32,000 nt of DNA from NCBI RefSeq assembly GCF_000175255.2, contig NC_017183.1, positions 1 to 32,000 on the forward strand, written 5' to 3'. Both the position numbers and the translations under genes were made by a program. Positions within the stretch are counted from its first letter, which is position 1; the number at the start of each line of letters is the position of its first letter. This DNA is from Zymomonas mobilis subsp. mobilis ATCC 10988. GTDB taxonomy: Bacteria; Pseudomonadota; Alphaproteobacteria; Sphingomonadales; Sphingomonadaceae. The notes beneath the pieces are model-generated. The model did no database searches, was not told the origin of the DNA, and saw only the letters and a list, made by a program, of their open reading frames with translations. This document shows, piece by piece, positions 26,326 through 32,000 of this stretch.

Positions 26326-28083
26326 ATGACCGCCTCTTCTTCTTCATCATCTCATTTCGTGGCGTCGTCTCCTATGGCTCCTTCACTTAATGCCGATCTG
26401 TCCTCTTCTGTGAACCTGTCGGACACCTCTCTTTTTTCTCCAAAGCCTGATCTCGCGCCTGCCCCATTATCCGCTGAGTTGTCTTCTATGTCGCCTAACC
26501 TTGTATCGCCTTTGGAAGCTGCTGACTTATCCTTAGCAATCTCCGCTTCGTCTTCGCCATCCTTGGCTTCTCCATTACGTGCTACCATCTTACCAGATTC
26601 TTCTACAGCTCCATTACCTTCATCTCCCTCCTCTCTGTCTTTTAAAGGTAGCCCTTTTGTGGACAGGTTAGGCCGTTTCAAGCGCGGCACTTATCGTTCA
26701 ATGCTGATGCAGACGGGAATGTCCTACGACCATGCAAAAGACATGGCTGATCTTGCTGCTGAGGAATTTAAAAACGCCAAGAAAAGGGAGCCTATCGGTG
26801 CGACATATGACCACCAATCATCTTCCTTGGCCAATAACGTCGCCCCCGAAATTACGGCCTCAAATACCAATAGTGAGGTTACAGCCTCCGCATCAGATTT
26901 CGACGAAATCGAATATTTTGATCAGATGGTATCAAACGGCGTTGATCCTGAAACCGCTGCCGATATTGCCCGTAAAACAGCTATTGCCAGACGTAGAGAC
27001 CCTCTCGAACGATCCACCCGCTATAAAATCCGCCGTCGGACTCCTGATCCGGTGCATCGGGATTCTTATGAGGTGGGCGAACGTGAGAAGTCGGTCTGGA
27101 AGCCGGTCAATCCGCAAGAGATCGGTGCCTATCTGGAAGCGGTCGATCAATATTCGATCAAAACTAAGGGCTTAAGCGATAAGGCCGTTCGCCTTCTAAA
27201 GATGCTGTTTCGGATGGTCGACTTTAAAACTGGCCGTCTGGAACCGACCCTTGATACTATTTGCGATAGTGTTGGCTATGCCCGTGCGACGGTCGTCAAA
27301 TTGCTGCGACAGCTACAGGATTTAGGCTTCATCCGCTGGATACGCCGATCAATTAAGATCAAGGCGGACGGCAAAGGCCCCCGCCGCAAGCAGACCAGTA
27401 ATGCCTACGGCTTCTTGTCTCCCAAGTCTTGGCCAGAGTTGGCCAGACAGGTTTTCGAGCGTGTCATGCGTCGGAGGAATACGCCTGTTCCTGATGATAT
27501 TGACCACGCCCAAGAGGCGGATAAAGCTGAAACCAAAGCCATAATTGAAAACCTTCCCCCTGTTGAATTCATGAAAGAAATATCGGGGGCAAAAGCGCCT
27601 AATGCGCTCACAGATTCATTGATACAGTTAGCTAAATCTATCGAGCGGGCAGACCAACTGGAACAAGAAAAACAGGCTAAGAAGGCAGCACAGGCCGATC
27701 AGGAAAAGGTTAAAACATCTTCCAAAACCTCCAAGGAGGATACCTCAAAAAAGCCCCAAATTTCGGACAATCAACGCGAGTTCAATTCTTATACTCTATC
27801 CTGTTATAATTATTTAAATAATACCGGCGCTAAAAAATTTGAAACGACAGAAGAAAATAAAGACTGTCTCGCGCCTGCGTTAGCAGGAGCGACAGGCGTT
27901 ATTTTAGACACGAAACCTGAACCTGACCGCTTCACAAAAGAACTTAATACCCTGAACCTCCGGCCTGATCAGGTAGCAACCATCATTCAACACAGGAACA
28001 AGCGGAGGGAACAGCGCATGATGCCCCTTTCACCAAAAGATATCGCCGACCTCCTCATTAAAACAAGACAGATGCGCCCATGA
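26326..28083 (+). CDS. plasmid replication initiator (winged-helix Rep) with a long Ser/Pro/Leu-rich N-terminal extension
   Basis: Central HTH block reads GRLEPTLDTICDSVGYARATVVKLLRQLQDLGFIRWIRR. A Lys/Glu-rich C-terminal region follows. The ORF-track start at 26209 lies upstream of the terminator at 26269..26301, so the ATG at 26326 (MTASSSSSS) is preferred. Confidence 0.7.
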   Translation: MTASSSSSSHFVASSPMAPSLNADLSSSVNLSDTSLFSPKPDLAPAPLSAELSSMSPNLVSPLEAADLSLAISASSSPSLASPLRATILPDSSTAPLPSSPSSLSFKGSPFVDRLGRFKRGTYRSMLMQTGMSYDHAKDMADLAAEEFKNAKKREPIGATYDHQSSSLANNVAPEITASNTNSEVTASASDFDEIEYFDQMVSNGVDPETAADIARKTAIARRRDPLERSTRYKIRRRTPDPVHRDSYEVGEREKSVWKPVNPQEIGAYLEAVDQYSIKTKGLSDKAVRLLKMLFRMVDFKTGRLEPTLDTICDSVGYARATVVKLLRQLQDLGFIRWIRRSIKIKADGKGPRRKQTSNAYGFLSPKSWPELARQVFERVMRRRNTPVPDDIDHAQEADKAETKAIIENLPPVEFMKEISGAKAPNALTDSLIQLAKSIERADQLEQEKQAKKAAQADQEKVKTSSKTSKEDTSKKPQISDNQREFNSYTLSCYNYLNNTGAKKFETTEENKDCLAPALAGATGVILDTKPEPDRFTKELNTLNLRPDQVATIIQHRNKRREQRMMPLSPKDIADLLIKTRQMRP

Positions 28084-28260
28084 CCCTGTCAGCTATCATT
28101 CTGACAGATCACCGTCTATTTATTCCTCCGGTGCTGTTCGCTTCGCTCACAGGCTTGGCGAGAAAGGAATTTGCCTTTCAGTAGAGCTATCTAATTTCTA
28201 AAAATTCGCATTATCGATAATGTAATAAAAAGCTAATTTTTAAAAACCAAATTATAGCGA

Positions 28261-28288
28261 TTACATCAAATCTATGAATGTGTATAAT
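28261..28288 (+). promoter_or_regulatory. candidate sigma70-type promoter of hicA
   Basis: ttacat (28261..28266), a 16-nt spacer, then tataat (28283..28288). The hicA ATG lies only 7 nt after the -10 element, implying a leaderless or near-leaderless mRNA. Confidence 0.35.
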
Positions 28289-28295
28289 ACATAAT

Positions 28296-28445
28296 ATGAA
28301 AAGTCGTGATTTGATCAAAGAAGTTGAAAAAGCAGGATGGATACTCGACCGAACACGTGGCTCTCATCATATCACGATACCACATCCTAAAAAGGAACTT
28401 GGTGTTGGGCTTGTTCGGGCTATCCGTAAGCAAGCCGGATTGTAG
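28296..28445 (+). CDS. hicA: HicA-family toxin, unusually short (49 aa)
   Basis: MKSRDLIKEVEKAGWILDRTRGSHHITIPHPKKELGVGLVRAIRKQAGL. Absent from the ORF track (fewer than 60 aa). Compared with typical HicA, about 10 residues between GSHH and the PHPKK block are missing. Confidence 0.7.
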   Translation: MKSRDLIKEVEKAGWILDRTRGSHHITIPHPKKELGVGLVRAIRKQAGL

Positions 28446-28454
28446 GAGAAGTTT

Positions 28455-28880
28455 ATGCGTTATCCTGTTGCTATAGAGCCAGATACAAAATCTACGGCTT
28501 TTGGTATTGTCGTACCGGATTTACCCGGTTGCTTCTCGGCTGGCGATACGATGGATGAAGCTATTGCCAATGCTGAAGAAGCCGCATCTGCTTGGATCGA
28601 TGCCACATTAGATAGTGGTCAAGATATTCCTGTACCTAGTTCTATCTCAGATTTATATAAGAACCCTGATTATAAAGGATGGTCTTTCGGTTTTATCAAT
28701 ATAGATCCAGCTTTGTTGAGTGATAGGGTAAAGCGGGTAAACATTACTTTACCTGAAAGAGTTCTCGAACGTCTTGATCTCTTGGCCAAAAAGGCAGGAG
28801 AAACTCGTTCTGGTATGATCGCTTCTTTGACCTTAAAAGCTCAAAAACAAACAGATCATCATTCAGCTGTTATGATCTAA
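28455..28880 (+). CDS. hicB: HicB-family antitoxin with C-terminal RHH domain
   Basis: MRYPVAIEPD...FGIVVPDLPGCFSAGDTMDEAIANAEEA is the HicB fold. The C-terminus reads RVNITLPERVLERLDLLAKKAGETRSGMIA. Confidence 0.85.
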   Translation: MRYPVAIEPDTKSTAFGIVVPDLPGCFSAGDTMDEAIANAEEAASAWIDATLDSGQDIPVPSSISDLYKNPDYKGWSFGFINIDPALLSDRVKRVNITLPERVLERLDLLAKKAGETRSGMIASLTLKAQKQTDHHSAVMI

Positions 28881-28934
28881 CAAGTAGTAATCCAAATATA
28901 GTCCCATATATTTTATAGGGTATGTCGTAAAACC

Positions 28935-28966
28935 AAGAGCGCCGATTATTCGGCGCTCTTTTTTGT
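28935..28966 (+). terminator. Rho-independent terminator after hicB
   Basis: aagagcgccg-attatt-cggcgctctt, followed by ttttgt. Confidence 0.75.
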
Positions 28967-29112
28967 CGTCAAAGTTTTCCGTCTATTTTTCCTCGATAAT
29001 TCAGGCCGGAAACGGGCGGTTTCCCTCGCTAGCCAGAAAACACCTGGTTCAGGAACAATAAACAGGGAATACACTCAGCATGACTTTTCTGAATGGTACG
29101 TACGAACATCTA

Positions 29113-29850
29113 GGTTCTGTTGACAAAGGAAGGCAACCACAATTTTACGGCCGCGATATGAAGGAAGGCGAGGAAAGATTTTCTGGTTTTGTCATAGCGT
29201 GTAGCAATACGTCTGGACGGCTTCAGCTTATTAAACATCCGCTCAATACAATGATGATCTTTGTCGTGCTGGAGATTATAAGGAATAGGCTTTTTTCGAT
29301 TGGAACGAGGCGGGATAACAGGAAGAATGCCTCGAAAGGGTAGTTTTTCGCGTAACCTATTTATCAGCAAGAAAACAGCGGGGCGTTGTCACAGAGATAT
29401 CTCAGCACCAGAATAATCAGAGACCGCACCACCGGTTAGCGCGAAAGCTAGAGGGCGACCTTGACCATCGGAACGGGCGCGAATGATCGTGCTATCTATC
29501 ATATGTTGCCAGTCATCTGGTCAACCAGGGTTTCAAGAAGAGCGTCCCAGACACCCTGTTCCGACCACCTACGAAACCGAACATAGACCGAATTCCATTT
29601 CCCATAACGTTCATGCATGTCTCGCCACGGGCAGCCTGTTCGAATCACATGGAGCACATAAAGCATACCATTGAGAAATAACCGATTACTTTTGGCGGGA
29701 CGCACGCAGCGGCCTCGTTCGCTGGGAATAAGACCCTCTATTATCTGCCACTCCGCGTCCCTCAGATCTCCTCGCATCCTGTCTGCCATACAAAACTTGT
29801 TCTCAATTTATCTCTAAAAATCTTAAATTACACTCTTTGTCAACAGAACC
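29113..29850 (-). mobile_element. defective IS5-family element (internal deletion, broken transposase)
   Basis: Inverted repeats ggttctgttgacaaag (29113..) and ctttgtcaacagaacc (..29850), flanked by TA. Only 738 bp long. The transposase is split (29499..29789 and 29110..29370). The segment between MIDSTIIRA and GRPLAFALTGG, as well as the D-x-G-Y-D block, is missing, and there is an in-frame stop. Confidence 0.8.
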
Positions 29851-29851
29851 T

Positions 29852-30019
29852 AGTCATCAGCTACCTCTATTAAATAGTAAGCTATCACAGCGTGTCCGCT
29901 TTGCCGAGAGCGCATTGGATGGCCTGTCGGTATTCGATTATCCAGATAAACGTAATTTTGTGGCTGATGAGATCACAGCCATTAAAAATGAATTACTTGA
30001 GTTAGGGGCTTCATTATGA
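29852..30019 (+). pseudogene. C-terminal remnant of a second ParA-family gene, interrupted by the IS
   Basis: LPLLNSKLSQRVRFAESALDGLSVFDY parallels LPIFPSEIVDRRAFARAVTTGCAVTEF of the parA at 16865. No Walker A-containing N-terminus is present to the left of the IS. Confidence 0.6.
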
Positions 30020-30247
30020 CCAAAACAGCATCTTCAATCAGCTTAACGCGCCCGTCGCGTGCCGTTAAAAAGCCATCTTATGTTGATCAGTGGGTCGCAA
30101 AGTGGAACGCCGATGATAACGCAGAAAAGACAAATCGTTTTTGTCTATACCTGCAGACATTCATAGAAAGCTGAAACTTCAGGCCATGGATGAAGGGAAA
30201 ATGATGATCACTCTAGTCCGTGAAATTTTAGCCGAAAAGTTCGTCTA
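30016..30247 (+). pseudogene. frameshifted ParG/RHH-like partner of the dead parA
   Basis: ATGA-coupled start. The N-terminal frame stops at 30170..30172. The RHH-like end PADIHRKLKLQAMDEGKMMITLVREILAEKFV* lies in another frame. Confidence 0.55.
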
Positions 30248-30292
30248 GGTTTTGAGAAAATAAGCATTTTTTGCATCTTTTTTACGTTTTAC

Positions 30293-30416
30293 AAAATGCG
30301 TTGAGCATGCGTTTATTTGCGAACAGTAAAAATGGGCATTTTTCTAAAAAAATTTGTGCTTTAAAGGCTATTTTACGCAATATTTTTTATTTTGCGTTGG
30401 ATCAGAAATTGCGTAG
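30293..30416. repeat. cluster of A/T-TGCGT-T/A boxes (iteron or centromere candidates)
   Basis: Boxes: aaaatgcgttg (30293), gcatgcgttta (30305), atttgcgaac (30316), ttttacgcaat (30371, inverted), attttgcgttg (30389) and aaattgcgtag (30406). Confidence 0.45.
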
Positions 30417-30896
30417 AAAAGCGGCATGTATGGCGCGGAGGCTAGGGTTGGTCTACCGAACGCTAAGGGTATAATAAAAAAACACCTCTCTTGATATTTT
30501 TATATCAACTGATGGGTTTTGATACTGCTTCTTTAAAAAGAATTGATCCATTTCATCGGCGATAGTTTAGAGATCTACCTTTCCGAAAGCCAAAAGCTGC
30601 CTATACACCATCAGCCCAGAGATCCCTCTACAGCAAGAAAGAAGGTATATGACCAGTGGACCAAGAAGAGGAAGTATTTTACTCTGAGAAGACATCCTAA
30701 TGCTTTTTGGGCTTACAATCTTCTATCCATAAACCTTGACTAAAAATGGATGATGCAGAAGATAGCCTCTATCTCTCCATCTTCTTCTGTAATGAAGGGC
30801 TGATTTACCAAACAGTTAAAGATCCAAACTTCTATCCAGCCTGTATATTCCATTGCATTTCCCTGATCCTTCTTACTAGCTGATTGCTATAATTAT

Positions 30897-31170
30897 ACCG
30901 GTCTTATTTTTCTCAAACTCTCTCTTTTCTAACTCCTCTGCCCATAGCTAACTGAAGCCCAATCCCGAGGATAAAAAAGAGGATATAGCTTTTGAGAAAC
31001 AAGGGGTATTTTAACAGGAAAACAAGGGAAGCTACCAATAGACAAGGCTGCATAAATATGCATAAGAGATTTTCGGCCGTATTTCATTGAATAAAGCTAT
31101 TTTAAGGCCGTATTTTAGGTTATTTATGGCTGTCCTGCATAAGATCAAAAAATGCATAAAAAGCGACCTA
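30897..31170. repeat. right copy of the long inverted repeat (partner at 11406..11580)
   Basis: See the left copy. The right copy carries about 98 extra bp (31055..31152) containing additional TGCATAA and ggccgtattt short repeats. Confidence 0.85.
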
Positions 31171-31400
31171 TCTACGCCGAGGGCTTGGGTGGGACTACCA
31201 CTCCAAATAGGTCAAAATCATTTTTCGTAAAATCCTGATGACATCGCCTCGAGTTATGAGTTTTGAAACTCTGAGTTAGGGGATTCGCAATCGACATAAA
31301 TAAAGAGGGCATATGCTAATCTTTTTACGTTGGAGATAATAAAATGACGACTGATTCCTCGGCAGATCAAAGTCGAATTTCTATCAGCCATCTCATTGAT
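31170..31400 (-). pseudogene. possible diverged 3' fragment of a second mrr-like gene
   Basis: The minus-strand translation contains FIISNVKRLAYALFIYVDC (compare the Mrr C-terminal pattern IVLIDGxxLAxLMIxYxVG). After a frame change it reads DFTKNDFDLF and then a stop just before the repeat. This is weak, by-eye evidence only. Confidence 0.3.
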
Positions 31401-32000
31401 CCCTAAGAGTTGTCGACCTTATTTTGTTCAATCTGGCTAACACAAAATCATTGTTTGAAGCACGACAAGGATTTTTTATCTGATCAAAATCCCAACTGCT
31501 TTGAAGCAGGGAACCCCCTCGATGGTTTGCAGGTCTTCTTTCCGTAGGGTGCAGATTTCGCCCAGCCATAGGCAGCAATAAGGGTCACAAGCCGGAACGT
31601 AGGTTCAGGCACCAAGGCACTATGCCAAGAAGCAGAGGCCAGCAATGCCAGTTCCTGTGGCGTCCAGCTTCGTCGTACGATTTTGGGGGCACTCTCAAAA
31701 TGCCAGCCAGACCAAGGGTTCTTTGCCACCATCTCCCGTTGCACAAGTTGGTTCCATAGGGCGGACAGACGAAGCATATGGTTCTTGACGCTTTTATTGC
31801 TCATGGTCGGGAGACCATTAGACTTGGCTCTCTGTGCCTCCTGTTGCAGCGTCAGACTGCTTTTACCCTTGCCCAGTGTTGCAGGAAGGGCAAGAAGCAG
31901 GTCACGGAAGGCTCCAGCTTGGTGACCGCCGATGCCACTGACAGGCGTATCCCCAAAAGCCCTGATATAGAGGGCCACAGTTCTTTTGGTTGCCGGTGCT
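31393..32000 (-). pseudogene. tyrosine integrase fragment, paralog of 2718..4079; frameshifted, truncated, and running off the right edge
   Basis: GAFRDLLLALPATLGKGKSSLTLQQEAQRAKSNGLPTMSNKSVKNHMLRLSALWNQL...RLVTLIAAY closely parallels ORF 2839..3729. A frameshift after AAYGWA is followed by EICTLRKEDLQTIEGVPCF, and the sequence ends near 31480 before the catalytic boxes. Confidence 0.75.

Noticed and set aside
26352-26690. Antisense 112-aa acidic ORF inside rep
   Set aside because: It is a mirror artefact of the polypyrimidine/low-complexity tract on the rep coding strand.
29080-29343. ORF 29080..29343 (+) spanning the IS boundary
   Set aside because: It runs antisense to the IS transposase remnant and crosses the IS terminal repeat. 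It is not a plausible gene.
30543-30743. 66-aa ORF with a TTG start, and ORF 30271..30474
   Set aside because: No RBS or motif is visible. The second ORF overlaps the TGCGT box cluster, which looks regulatory rather than coding.

Overview
The window looks like a compositionally mosaic plasmid, or a plasmid-derived island, from an alphaproteobacterium-like host. The host guess rests only on a GapR/DUF2312-like gene, and I cannot name the organism. All homology calls come from motifs I recognise by eye; no searches were run.

Gene order, left to right:
- Two decayed tyrosine-integrase modules (1-140 and 2718-4079). Each is preceded by a homologous upstream region ending in a tRNA T-arm-like hairpin. 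A stand-alone ComEC-type MBL hydrolase (894-2396) sits between them.
- An hsdR-hsdM-hsdS type I R-M operon, followed closely by a decayed mrr (4566-11408).
- An AT-rich 1249-aa SIR2-domain protein, DSR-like (11809-15558, minus strand).
- dinJ/yafQ, then parA plus a small RHH partner, then a phospholipase-C gene fragment.
- A Septu-like ptuA/ptuB pair and an intact IS5-family element.
- A DarG-like macrodomain antitoxin with no darT.
- Three tandem paralogous HTH genes, a three-gene small operon and a 585-aa Rep with a Ser/Pro/Leu-rich N-terminus.
- hicAB, then a defective IS5-family element inserted in a dead second par locus.
- More mrr and integrase debris at the right edge.

Two structural signals are not explained by the genes:
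- A TACGTA-rich palindromic repeat family sits in almost every intergenic gap between 16.8 and 23.65 kb.
- A pair of about 94%-identical inverted repeats at 11.42 and 31.05 kb brackets the whole rep/par/defence arc.

No CRISPR array, rRNA gene or complete tRNA gene was found.
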